Shown: piece by piece, positions 38,901-53,400 of the stretch
How positions within the stretch are numbered: position 1 is the first letter of the stretch
Layout: each line of letters begins with the position of its first letter
Assembly (NCBI GenBank): GCA_051362555.1
Contig: CM120645.1
Coordinates: 3,782,001-3,846,000, forward strand
Direction: 5' to 3'
DNA: 64,000 nucleotides
DNA from: Lingula anatina
Lineage: Eukaryota > Animalia > Brachiopoda
Translations under genes and position numbers: made by a program
Notes under the pieces: model-generated
Told to the model about the DNA's origin: nothing
What the model saw: only the letters and a program-made list of their open reading frames with translations
Databases searched by the model: none

Positions 38901-41900
38901 TTAATTTGCACGTATCAGTGGGTTTCTAATTAAGATACGGAAATACATGTCCGCGTGTCCTTCCTGGTGCCCCGTGTTTCAGAGGCCACTGGAAACTAAT
39001 GTCACCACTAATATCAGCATGATTGCTGATAATATAGAGTTGACAGTTTCTCTGAAAGTCAGGGTGCCATTAAGGCTTATTATACTCTTATGAAAACCTC
39101 TTTATTGAGAAAATGCTCATCATTAAAGGTACTTGATGACCATTCTGAGAGATGGATGTCCACACCATATGTGATCGACCATTAAATTGTGGGCAATTCT
39201 GGTCTGGTAATTTCTTAGTTAATTAGAAGAAAATCAATTAATTTTGTTTGCCAGAATAATGTTTTGGCAGTGTCACTTATCTGACAAGATTATTTAAAAG
39301 CATATAGGGTTATGAAAAAAAAGCCACTAGTTCTAAATAATTATAGTGTATACTTTGATTAATGAAAAAGTTGCAATTATTATAGAAAAGTATAGTTTGG
39401 ACTCTGAACTACTCAGTGATTTTCAGCTTACTAAAAACGAAAACCTTCAACCAATATTAGCTCTTCAAACAGCTTTTTCACTTGAATTAATCAATTAATT
39501 ATAAATTAATCAATCTCGTCCTGTTACGTCTGAAAAGTACATGATCATACATAACTACATACAAAGAATGGCATTTTGCATAAATCAATACTTAGTAAAG
39601 AAATCAAGTCTTTACAAGAAGTGGTGTTCCCAATAAATGTTCACTCTAACCATGAAACAAAATAGCCTCTAAGTATGTTTTACAAAATAAAACCACATCA
39701 GACAAAACCTAGATTTAATATTAATTATTTTTCAGAAGACTGACTAAAATACAGCAAGGTCAATCCATCTGAGATCTTATATTATATTACATGTAGTACA
39801 ACTCCCATCATCAGAAATTTCTTCCACAGATCAATAATTTTCTGTTTGTACAAACATCCTGGGACTTGTACAACATCAGAAACTAATGAAGGAGAACATG
39901 TCTGAGCTATGTGTTAGGTTGGCCTATTCAGAGCAGACAGAGCATGGCTCAATCAGTAGTCAAATGGATGGCAGACGTCATGGAAGAGCACAGGAGAGGG
40001 ATCGTTGGTTTGCAAGAACTGGCTTTTCAGTTGAAAAAAAAAGGCCCGCTCTGAACCAAAATTTGGTCTAGGTTCTATTACATTTTTCATGTTGGGTCAA
40101 TAGAGGGGTAAAAAAAGATCACCTTTGCAACTTAAAAAAAAAAGACCTGTTATCCTACCATAAATTATCACCGAAATTTAAAATGAAACATTGCCCTGTT
40201 ATTGTATAAAGATGTACCAAAGCTGATTCACAAGTATTGAAAAGTGAACTGAGATCCTATCAGAAAGTAACATAATTATTTGAGCGAAAGATTTAAAATG
40301 AAAAATATTTTAAAAAATCATATTGACCAATATTGAGGTATTTCACATCTACACCACAGCTGTTTCAGATGTATACTGCTGACTGAATATCCATACTCTT
40401 GTGTCAATTTAAATTTTAGGTGGTTTTGAACTTGTCAGGCCTTAAAATCAATCATGCTATATTGTAAAGAATTATAACTCCCTTAAAAGGATAATGGCAG
40501 AGAAACCATGTCACTGGTTAAATGGACAAAAATATAAAAAGGAGTAAAATGGGCTCTAAATTTTCATTAAAGAAATACAACATCAGATTTGTAAATAGAA
40601 TATAGATGCACAAGTAAACAAATTTGACTTCATGCATGCATGTGTGCGCACACACGCACACATACTGACCCCCCCACACACACACACACATTTACCTATT
40701 AAGCTTCCGAGTGTCAATGGTCTTCTTCCAATTTTTTCAACCAAATACAGACCAACGAAAGTGAACACAAAATTTACAGCAGCAGTAACAGCAGACAGCC
40801 ATATTGCTGTAGATTTGTCCCGGATCCCTGACATTTTGATGATGGTGGCACTATAATACCTGTAAGAAGAAATACATTACTCCACTATTATACAAGATTT
40901 ATATCAATCATGTAACACTAAGACTAACTCTGAGACTGGCAAATGCTTAACACATTCCAATATGGTCAAGGGACATGTAAACCATTCTACCATAATTATT
41001 TTAAAACGAATCAGTTCTAAAACAACACCCTCTATACTCTCAAAACTGATTTTCTTTCAGTGTGCATTTTATAGCCATATTATTACACAAAATCTCATTT
41101 TCACATCCAAACAACATGAGCCCGAAATGGGTTTAGGACCATATTTCCCTGATTGTTACAGACTGGGTTAAGGCGAGTGTCAAGAAAGAATTATCACATG
41201 ATGGTTCGACAAAAAATACCAATTACCCCAGGAAAATCTGGTAAATTATCAATTTTTTTACAGAGAAAATCTTTTACTGGGCACCTTGACTAAACTGTCA
41301 CTCCTAGCGTTGATTGCTACCAATTTGCTGCATAGTCTGAAAGCGAAATCGCATCCCACTGATAAGTGTGGACTTCAGTTTAATGTTAACACAACTCAAT
41401 AAACTTGGCTCACATGACAGTGTTGATCCCCACTAATTGCTGCACAATCTGAAGGCTACATCCGATGATAAGAGCTCTTCTCACAGCTGGGGTCTGTAGC
41501 ATGATCAGCAGCACCGGTCTGCGACCTGGGGGAATTGAATGAAATGAAAATATAATTATTAAAAATATCAGAAATTATAGTGTGTATGAATTTTAATAAT
41601 ATAAGTAATACTTGTATGTTGTTGAGAGCAAGAGAATTTACTCAGGTACGTATAACATAGCTAAGGCACACGTGTGCATGTGTGCACGTATGTACATTCG
41701 CGTGCATGAATCCAAAAACATATTTTGAAGCAAGTTAAATTCATGAAATTTGCAAGGCTTAGCAATTCCCACACCCCTTTCTCTCAGCTCCATTTCATCT
41801 TCTTCACAGCTTTTTTTAATTCCATCAAATTCATCATCTACATCTAAGACACCACGTATACTCTGCAACACTCGCCGTGCTTGGTCATCGCGCTGTTTCG

Positions 41901-44376
41901 TGATAAGCCACCTGGAAATAAAACATTTTCTGTAATCACTCTAAATATTCATACAGAACAACTGAACAATGTACTTTGCCCAAAATATTGATCCATTGGT
42001 GACATCTTAAAAAGATTATTAGGATGTCCTGAAAAGTATGTTGGTTTATGCCAGAAATAACTTAGTAGCTGAAATATCTAAGTTTTAAAAATCCAAAAGC
42101 TAGATAGACTTCCCTGTAAAACATTCTCCTTCTGTTTGTGTAACAGTGTAATAGTGCAAGTGCAATGAAATGCAACAAGTTTTCAAGTTTTCCCCCCCAA
42201 TAATAAGTATGCGTTAAAATCTTTAAAGTTTATTAAAAATCTAGAGGCAATGAAAGATAACTTAGACAACAAGTTACCTGGGGCTTTCTGGCATAAAAAG
42301 AAACCCAAGAAATTGTATAGCTGATGGAATTCCTGCCAATCCAAGCATGTACCTGCAAACATTGAAATAAAAAAAAATTTGCTTTAGATCAATTGTAATT
42401 AAATAAATGAATAAATAGATTCTCTGTCAAGTTGTTTTAGAAAATGAGAGTAAGGACATCATTCTGACACTCAAATAACACTATTGTAAGTCTGTGATAT
42501 GATTTCAATATCAACTACAGAACCTGAAAAAATATGTGGACTGTCAAAAGCTTATATGGATACCAATGTAAAAAGTTTGCTTGGTGCAATATTAACAAAT
42601 CGTTTTTAATTTTTAACCAATTCCTTGCACACAAAGACCCACAATACTTTTTAACACCCTCCCCCCCCCCCCCCCCCCCCCCGCAATTTTTTTCAAATCC
42701 ACTGAGGTTATCATAGTGAGAGTATAATTATAACATTATATATACGATACAAGTATAATTATAGCTATGCACCTTCAAGTTTGAAATTGAACAATGTGCA
42801 AAACTTTTTGGTAAACAGCTGTTCAAGAACTATACCAAGTCTAGTTGTTAAGGAATAAATGATTGTAAATGGTCATTTACTTTAGAAACACCCTTTACTC
42901 CCAAGGAGCACAGAATTTCTTCCAGGGTATTTAGTATTCAGGCAGTCCAACAAGCGTTCATTGTCATTACACCAATGAACCAGCCATTACTCCTTCCCAG
43001 ACAATTTCTGCTGGCAGATTAATGGATTGGCAGTTCTGATTAATCCAGGCAATCATTTCCTTTCGGAACGATATTTCCGCGACCAAATAATGAAACGGCA
43101 AATTTTTACAGGAGTTATTAGGATTATCATTGCCTGGTGTTTTGGAAGAAGTGCTGTTGCCAGCAGCAAAGTTACTTCTGCAAGAAGTGACAAATAATTA
43201 AACATAATGGATATGATTGCAAGATGTAGTATTTACAGGTGACATTTAAAACCATGTGACAATATTGAAAACTTCCATTACTGGATCAGACCTACTTCTC
43301 TTAAAGAACCTTGAGGTCTTTTCACGTAGCGTGTTTTTGATCCTAACAGAACAGCTGCAAAGGTGTGGTTTTAAAAATTCTGCCCACCATGGATAGTCGC
43401 CCTCACCCTCTTTATTACATAATATTTCTATGATAAAACTGGTCAATTCTGGTACCAATGAGCTATTTCAACCTTGGCTGCCAAAATATGGGTATGCTAA
43501 AATTTTACCATTATCCTAGGACCCAATAAATTTGGTATACCTAATAGAAAGCATCATCTGGGTCATGTTCTCAAAGGGGTATGTCTATAACAGATTTAGA
43601 ATTAATCTGCTGTTTACTACAAAATATAATTACATCACGTATAAATGCTCCCTAGATGAAAAAAAAAAAACACAGCAAATTGATGTTACGTTAATGGAAT
43701 GAAATGTTAAAACAACTGATTGCAAATATGACTGCAGGGAAATTAGACACAGCACTACACATTTCCAGGATATCATGGAGTTTACAGAGAAATCAGTCGA
43801 TAGCACTGTTCAGACAAAGTTTATCTTGAAACGGTGATGGGCCTACAACATGTCATGTCATGGTCAGTGTTAATCTTAATTAGAACCAGAAATTTTACCA
43901 CCTGATTGAAGTATGACATGCTAAACAGCCCTACGACGTTAACCAATTCATATTTAGATGGTTTTTCTGGGCAATGACTAAATTGCTAGAGATCTTGTCT
44001 ATCTTTTATTTATAGTTATGGGCATGGCCTCTAAGACATGGTCTCTAGGGATATAGGAAATAGCTGTTGAGAAGGACTATATCATAAAAAGGGAAGGTTA
44101 AAAAAAAGCATCAGTGAGATAAAAAATATTAATAAACATAGTGATAGGTTGCTGTTTGACAGAGCTTAATCTCATTTATTCACGTCATGGTGAAATAGAG
44201 AAACTGATAACAATGCACGTAATGAAACGTGACTCATGTAAAATTAACAAATTGTTCCATTTCTGTCACCTTGATCATTATTTCTGCATCAAACTCGTTT
44301 ACTAGCAATTAGTGCTTTGGGGTCATTACTCTGACACAAAAGACAAACCAGAACAAAAGGGAGGGTCTCTTCTGAA

Positions 44377-44419
<43 letters not shown>

Positions 44420-47400
44420 AGCATTTATCCCATGGACAATGTCTGAAGTGGAAAATATTTATCTGAAATCCATAGAAGTGTGGCTATATGCAGCAATTAT
44501 TAACCAAAATTTGGTTTGAAAAAGGGTAATAAAAGGGGCATACATTTTGTATACACCACAACCCCACACCCCAATGTGCTGAGTCTGCCACTAAAACAGA
44601 AGTTATTCAACTTTAGCCCACTAACACCCTTCCTATGACATTGCCTGTAAACATGGATCCCCTCCTGATACTTCTCAACCCTAGTGTCAGAGCACAAAGG
44701 AAATTCATATCTGTTTTATTTTTCTATACTGGAAGCAGCAGAGGTTTGCCGATAATAGCCTGGTGAGCGTCCAATGTTCTATGAAACTCTAGGGGCATAT
44801 TCCAAGGAATGTCTTCAAATACTTTGTCTCTTTGATTTTCTAGTTTGTTTCACAAGCTAGCTTACATCAGTGCCAACAAGCAATCACATTAATTTAATAG
44901 AAATACTAAAATATGGAAACCAAATCAATACTACTTCAATCAAAGCTCCCTTTAAATTACAGGGAAATAGAAATAAACAGAACATACAAAGCTAAATTGA
45001 TGTAATTATTGCCAATGAATGTAAATTTCTGGCTAAACTGCAGAAAATTCATTCAAGTGAGAAATCTTTCATACCCCAGTTACAATAATTGGAGCTTGTT
45101 CACACTGTTTAGTATATATCAGATAGCAGGGCCATCTTTACATCAACTTCTGCCAAATGTACATAGGCAATCTGTTTTCATTGGTCTTAATCCATTAGTG
45201 GGCAAGATATCTCAGACAAGATACATCTAAACAAATTTTGATGGTCTCTTAAGGATACTTGACCACACGCCAATATCTTTCCCTCCCACATGTCTCTAAA
45301 TACAGTATCTGTCAAAGGGGAAAACCACCTTCCCAGTCTACTTGTCAATTAACTTCAGTCTGATTACTGAAATTTTACACTCTTTATATTCCTGACCTGA
45401 TTATATTGAACTGTACCCAGAAAACCTGAACATTGAGATAATTCATTTGCCACAAAGTATCATTCTTTTTGGTAACTGATAAAATCTTAATTAAATAGTA
45501 TTACAAATAATTATAACCATCTTCCTTATCTCTACCTATTTAAAGATACCATACGCAATTTCACAATCTACACAATTAATAGGCACGTATGCTAATCTTG
45601 ATCATTTTTTATCAACTCTCCAAATGAGGCAGTTCAACAGGATAACTCGATATGTTTTTTGTCGACGTCTTACTTTGGTTATGGAAATGGAACATATGAA
45701 GACAGGTATTCATATTACAGTATTGATATTGGCATAGTAAATTTAGATGGGTCAAAGTCGTATTGAATAAAGCAGGATTAATGCATTGAGTGGCCGTAGA
45801 GGCTGACCAGTAGGATGACCATGAGGGTTCATTCCCATTGAAAGTAACGGTCTCAGCAGATTGATCCAACTCTGCAGGGACTCTCACTCAATGCAATCAG
45901 TATAACATATGAAATACCTCTTTCTGTTTCCAACATACTCCACAAATCACCAGCATTTCTGTAGTGTATACATAACATCACTAGGAGGTGTGTCATTCAG
46001 TTAAGCTGATTGCACTCAGCAAGAGTCCCTGCAGAGTTGGATCAATCTACGTAGACCAATGGTATCTGTGGGAATAAGACTGAGAGAAGATCAAGATACC
46101 CAATACCATGTACATCATCAATTGAGGTTAAGAACAAAGCTGAGATACCTCTGAGGGCCAGCGCTGGGAGATGCTGAAAGGACTTAATTGTGCAGGGTTA
46201 TTGGATTTTTTGATGTGCTTCTTGGCAAAAACATACAAGTTAATATAAAAGATCAAAGAGTTTGAAGAGATTAAATTTGTTTTAGGCCTCACACTTATGT
46301 GCTCGATTGCATATACATTCAATTTGGTCTTGTTCTGGCTGTCTTATCAAAAAAATTAATTAAAATTTAGATTAAGAATAAAAATAAATAAATAAAATTC
46401 CATGACAAAATTTGCCAAATATTTTCCTTTAAAGAATCATAATATTATCCAATTTTGATAATATTGTTTAGTTTCTTCCATAACCAGATGAAGCATCTCT
46501 AGAGAACAAAAGAATCTCATTTATGACACAATGTTAAGTCATCTTGATGGAATAATTCTCAGAATGTTTCATTTTATTTTTGTCATTGACTAGGGTATGC
46601 AGTTTTATTTATTTTGTATATTTTAATTTAACTTGATTAATTAATTATTTTTAATTAAAATTAATTAATCCATTATTATTATTATTATTATTTATTATTA
46701 TTATCATTATAAATAAGAACACATGGTGTTGTTTGAAGTTAGAGATGCCTGCTCACTTCCAGGATACTTCATTCTGGGCCATTACCTCTAGTGAGCAGTA
46801 TTATCACTGCACTGCAAGGAGAACATGACACTGTGGCGGGTGATAAGAAAAGTCACGATCAACAGCTCCAAATGTCAAGCACTGCTTTCATGGCTTTTTT
46901 TAATTAGAAGTGAACGGTGATATATATGTTGCTGTGCTATCTGAGTGAAGGTCCCAGTTACTGAAGAACCCATGGGCAAGGAGGTTGAGGGTTGTGATTT
47001 CACCCCCCCCCCCTCCCTCCAATAACCAGTTTATATTGTCCTTAGATTAGACACTTGACGTACAGAGCCTCATTTTATGAGGTGAATATCTGCCAACAAC
47101 ACTTAAGTGTTGAGATATTATACCAGAGGTAACAAAAACTCCTAAATTGGACTCAATTACCTTAAATTTCCTTACTTTTTTTAGCAAGTTTAAACATAAT
47201 ATACGCACCATAGCTCACTATGACAGTAAGCTAGCAGTAGGGTTTGACTGCAGATTAAAAAAAAAAGGACCCTGTATCATAAATGTTTAACAAGTAAATG
47301 GGATCTAAGCCTGCAAATTTGTTAATATGTATCCTGAATGTACATAATGGGTGCTTGGCTCACATATTGTACTATGGTATCTCAAAAGGACAGGATCTTG

Positions 47401-50400
47401 TTTTATGAAAAATTCATGGCATTTGTATAGGCAAACCTATGTACCCACCCAATAAATAAAAACAATTGATCCGTCTGTATAAGGGTTCCATTATGTAAAA
47501 TTATCATTATAAAGAGTGTAGTGAAAATATAGACCGAATCCTTACTGCTGGTAGCACTTTCAACTCCCACTTAATACTGTTCAAGTATGTACAACACTAC
47601 AATAACTCTATAATATTATAAAAGTCATCATAAAATATATAGGAAAAAAAGAACCCAGACTGTCACTACTGGTAGCTACCACTTGCCATAGTGACGGTTC
47701 AAGTATATACACAGATTGCAATAAACTCTTCAAGAGATTATACTTCAATTAACAATTCAAGTATATATATATATATAAATAGCTACTTCAGGTATAAACA
47801 CTACCACTCCTTACAATAACATTGTTCAGGTATACAGCACATGCACAGCACATTTCATTTCTTCCATAAACCATGTGAGTTTTTCATGATATAAAATGAA
47901 AAATTATATCAATTGCTTTTTTACTTATTTTAATGCATGAAGCAAGATTTTTGGGTAATCTGACACAAAACTTTCCTTTTTTTTTACAGCAGTTAAAATA
48001 ATGTTAAAGGGGTGCAAGGTAATTCCACAGAATTATAACATTATATTTTTAATATTATATATAATATTAAAAATACAAAATTCTTTCATTTTTATAAATA
48101 AATTTTACCAAATAATGCATCTATTTGCATGCCCACAACAGGTGGAACAACATACAAAACATTCGAATGAACACTAACAAGATAATCAACAACAGTTAAA
48201 CATGCATGAGAAAAACAATGGCTTGCTCCAATAATCAAATATAAAATTTAATAAATCTTCATATACAAATTAATAACATGTGATTATGAAAAATGTTGTG
48301 GTGCATTTTTTTGTTTGTTTGTTTTTGGTAAAAAAAAAGGGGGTTGTGAAGACTCTGAAAAATGGTTGTTAATAGAGCATCTTCTTCAAGTTTGACCCAA
48401 AATGTAAAATGTTTACTGCCAATACACTCTTGAAACAGCCTAAGATTAGTGGAGTAGATGTAACAATTCCTACCTCCATCCTTGCTCAACATAGCAGAAT
48501 AGTCCATCGCAGACAGCCGCTACCAGAATGCCTGCAGTGATCAAAAGCTGATACAAGACAACAAGACGGCCGCGCAGGGGACTGGGCGCACACTCAGCGA
48601 CGTACATGGGGATGCAGGCGGAGGCAAGACCTGCGACAAACGCACAACAAGTTACAACATCTATGGGTCATGACACATAACAGGATGGGTTGTAACCCTA
48701 GACTTTATAAGGCCAGCCTTTCATATACATCTACATATTATAATGCAGCATTTTTTAAGTGCCACATTGTGACAGAGAGAAAGAAAGCCAAATTTTCATT
48801 TATGACAAAGGGGAGCTAATCTTCATTTTTGCAATGTGGTGTGCTCCACTAAGTATGCACCAATGGAGATTTTAAAATGAAGAAGCTTGCTGATACACAT
48901 AGGGAGAAATGTAGCAAGAGGAAGAGAAAATTAAAATTACCATGAATAGTTACAAACTGCCATGAATTGGCATTGGAATATCTTCCGCTCAGATTACTAT
49001 ACTGAAATTTGCTGTATAAATTCAATTCACACAGTGCAAAGGCAAATGTTGGTTTCTGAACTGGTCACAGCTCATTTTTTGTTGAAAATCTTTTATATAT
49101 ATTTCTATCTGAAGAGTCTGCGACACATAAATTTGTTCACAGAGAAAGGCTGGCCAGACAAACAAAATTAAATTCTAAAAATAAAATGCTGAATGTCTGC
49201 ATGAAATATCTGAAAACAAACAAAGCCACAGCATTACCAGTATACTAAATGAATTTGTTTGAAAATAAATTATAATATCTCACTAATGTCAAACATCCCA
49301 ATTAATATACCAAATATCTTATCATTTCGAGACTTATTACATTCAGTTACTGACACAGGGACTTGATGACAACAAACTATTACCATAATAATTATACAGA
49401 ATTATCTGAGAAGATGCTTTAGAAGCAAAAGATTGCATTTGGGAATTGTTTGAATTTAGTGAGAAATCAATATAATCATGGTACTAAATGAGAGTGGTAC
49501 ATTGATATGCAAGCCTACATAATCATGCAATGAACTCAAACATGAAAATATTAACAATAACATTAATGCAAGCATTTAAAACTGCATCCAATAAGAAATT
49601 AAAGTGGAAATCAAGCCAAGACTGATATAATTTTTATTTGGCTGGTGAAATGATTTTATACATGCAGATATGCATTTCTACGTTGATTGTTGCCACTGGT
49701 TAAAAATTAAAGAGACCAGGATCCCTTTAAAGACTACACCCCTTTATCTCCCTGCATCGTTACCCTCCCTGAGGACAGATTCCCCCTAGTAACATCCAAA
49801 ACAAAACATTTTTCTTTTCAAAAATACGCCTTCTTGGCATCCAAAAGTGACAAAGAATCAAATCATCATCCATAAATCCACTCTGCTGATAAGACCTAAG
49901 GGCAATTTTTCAGTTTCCATCCATGAGGGGGAGTGACGGTGCAGGGGAGTAATGATGAGAAGGTTTAGTGATGTGCATAATATTGTAATTATACTAGGCT
50001 AAGAGGAATTAACTATGCAGGGTTGAAAAATGATGATGTCCTTTTAACAATGCAGAATAGAAGATCTGAGTATCAACTTTCTTGATCCAAGATGGCAGAC
50101 CCTACATGAAAGGAAGACCGCTTAATCCTTTAATGGTCTATCTGCCTCTCACACACCTCTCCACATGTCTGGTTGAATGGAGCCAAGATTTAATTACTAT
50201 GCCCCTGCAGGGACGACGCATGGGGAGGCGTGTGAGAGGTGGAGAGACTATTACATGGTAGTAGTAGTAGTCTTCCTTTCATGTAGGGTCTGCCATATTT
50301 GATCCTTGGACCAGTTGGTACTCGGATCTTCTATTCTGAATGGCCCCAATGAGCTGTGTACTTTCAAGGACTGCTGCAGGTCTGTTCCTGCATGTTCCTG

Positions 50401-53400
50401 GGCCTGTTTCATGAAGAACTTCGGTATATACTGTAGTTGATTTTATCTCAAAGACCAAAAATTCAATCTATTTTTAATTTAGGATATTTCTGCAGTAGTT
50501 CACCGAAACGGAGTAACTATTGGTTTAAAGGGGAGACTGTTTCTTTTTGTCATAAAACAGACTCAATATTTCATTTAACCGGACTATATTGGATCAAAAT
50601 AGACTTAGGTTTTGGGTTTAAAAGTTAGGACCAACTTTTGGTTTTAAATTCTCTAGTGAAAAAGGCCCAGGTCATCAGATGATGCAAGTCAGGCTGATTG
50701 GCATTCCAAAATGTTCTTGTCTAAACAGAAGTAGACCACAAACCTCCACCCATCGTGCTGATCTTTGCTGAAAAGCCCATCTACCACATTAGCAATAAAC
50801 TGTCCGAAAGCCACCATGGCCACGTTAGTAGACACAAGGCGCCCCCTAGTGTGAAAAGGAGCAGCCTCCGCGATATACATGGGAATGGTTGTTGATGTTA
50901 AACCTGAAAAATGTATAACGTAAAGTTTTAATCATAAATGCAAACATTTTTATCATGCTTTACATTTGTAGGCAGTTAGATCACTGTGATCAAAGTGAAC
51001 ATCAGTCACACCTAGTTTAAGATATTTTACAATTATTAATTTAGTTTACTTAAACATATTTTGATAAATGCATGTATTGATTTAAATTTGGTCTTTTTTT
51101 TTTTTCAATCCACTCAATAAAAGTCAGATCCTTTGGGATAATATCCATCAGTGTACCACAGGTTACAAATTACTCCAGCATCATAATTATTTGAACCATT
51201 ATGATCATAATAACCAAATATCATACAACAATGAATGTCATCCATCTGGCAATGGACCTTTGATATAATTCATACATTTTTAATGATAGATACTGGTACA
51301 GTTACTATCATTCTGCTATAGCAGAGGTCTATTTACAAGCCAGCAACTCAATAGCCTCAACTATGTAAGCAAATGGTACCCTTATAATGAGCTCTATCTT
51401 TGCTATCACTGGGCACAGTAGAAAACTTCATTCATTTAAAATATTGGTGGGCGGACAACAAAAAGATAATACTGGCTGCCTGTGGTTGGCAACTGTAGCC
51501 AAATGTTGGTAGGCAGGACAACAAAGGGATAAGATTGGCTGCCTGTGATTAGAAATTGTAACTAAATGTTGGTAGGCAGGACAACAAAGAGATAAGATTG
51601 GCTGCCTGTGATTAGAAATTGTAACTAAATGTTGGTAGGCAGGACAACAAAGAGATAAGATTGGCTGCCTGTGATTAGAAATTGTAACTAAACGTTGGTA
51701 GGCAGGACAACAAAGGGAAAAGATTGGCTGCCTATGATTAGAAATTGTAACCAATTGTTGGTAGGCAGGACAACAAAGGGATAAGACTGGCTGCGTGTGA
51801 TTAGAAATTTTGCTCAGATAATATCTATCAAATTAAACTGTCATACTTAACAAAAGCGTAAATACACAGTTTACAGAGAAAGAGAACAAATTTTAACTTA
51901 AAAGTTACAGTAAAAGTGATGAGGCAGTTTGTCCTTTTAAATAAAAATATCTAAAAGTTAAAATGTATGATTTTGAATTGTTTTTGAAAAGTCTCATCAG
52001 TTTGGTACATGATGGAGATCAAAAGCTCTTTTGTCACAAACTTTTGATAAGATGTTTCAGAGTCTTTACTACAGGCTTTACGAAAAGACCAGAGATATTT
52101 TAAGATAATGAAACTCCTACCATTGGTTTCTTTAACCAGTCAAACTTAAGATTTTTAATGGCACCATTATGGGCCTCAGCAGATGAAATGAGGTTGATGG
52201 AACAACAAGGATCCCCCTAAAGTACTGTAAACAGAAAACCTATGGACAGTGCCCATACTTCATTTGCCAACAACAAACTAAGCTTGATTGATGTTCCCAA
52301 GACTGGCTTAATCATACTGTTTCCCAAGTCATCAGGGCTATCCAATAACTGCCATTGAAGAGGCCTGTGTCTACACTAGGACTTCCATGTCAATACGGCA
52401 GCTAAATGTCAGCTCATATTTGCCTATAATCAATTATGTCACTTCCCAATATGAGTTTGGTATACCAGAGAAAATGGCCATCAACAAAGTTTATTATTTC
52501 CATGCATAGATAGAATACTGGTAAATGTATGTATAGAATGGCCTCAAGGGGTAGAGACGAACTATGACAGATTATAGAATATGTAGAACTTCAAAAGGAA
52601 AAAATATCGGTTTCTACATGTATGTACACAGAAATGCAATGGAGCATTATACCAGGCATGAGACCAGTCCTCACTGAAAAAGTAGGATTTACACGATTCA
52701 CTGGATTTAGACAATTCACAAGAATGACCCAAATGACCCCGAAAAAGTCAGAATTCTGACAAAAGTCCAACAATAGTTGGAAAAATCCCATCAGTGTTAT
52801 AGTACTCATATTTTAAAAAAAAAACAAAGAATTTTCAGTCTTAATTTATTTTTGACTCTCTCTCTCTCTCTCTCTCTCATCTTTCCTAGTTTGAAAACTA
52901 TATCAGCACGTATAGATTTGACAAAATTTGCAGCAATTAGTAAAACTCTACATCAAGGGACACAAGTTTCATCAAATTATATTACTAGTACAGATATTTT
53001 GTTGAACCACACATGTTGATAAAATTACTGGGTGCAAATCTCATTATAAATCAATGTTTTGATCAGCAGATACAAGACACACATCCTCATTAATGAGATA
53101 TTCTTTGTAAATGTCATGACCAATGATTCTGTCACATCAGCTAAATTTAAAGAAGAAACCGACAGCTGCCAGGTAAAAATCTAGCCCTTTAAAATATGGA
53201 CTGCAGACAAAAATTACCAAGTTCACTAGTTTGTGCAAGGTTTTCAAGTGCTAACTCAAAGGTCATCAACTGGAATATGGTGACAATATGAGGACAGTGT
53301 TTTGAATTTAAGTATTCTGCTCAGGTGAGATTCATCACAGGTAAATAAAAAAGGACAGGGTTCTCAGCCCTTTTGCAGAACAGGTCACCTAACATGGCAG

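Noticed and set aside
51428-51754. 108-aa ORF of 21-aa Cys-containing repeats on the SLC2A13 strand
   Set aside because: It is the product of a 63-bp minisatellite; I saw no convincing splice sites.
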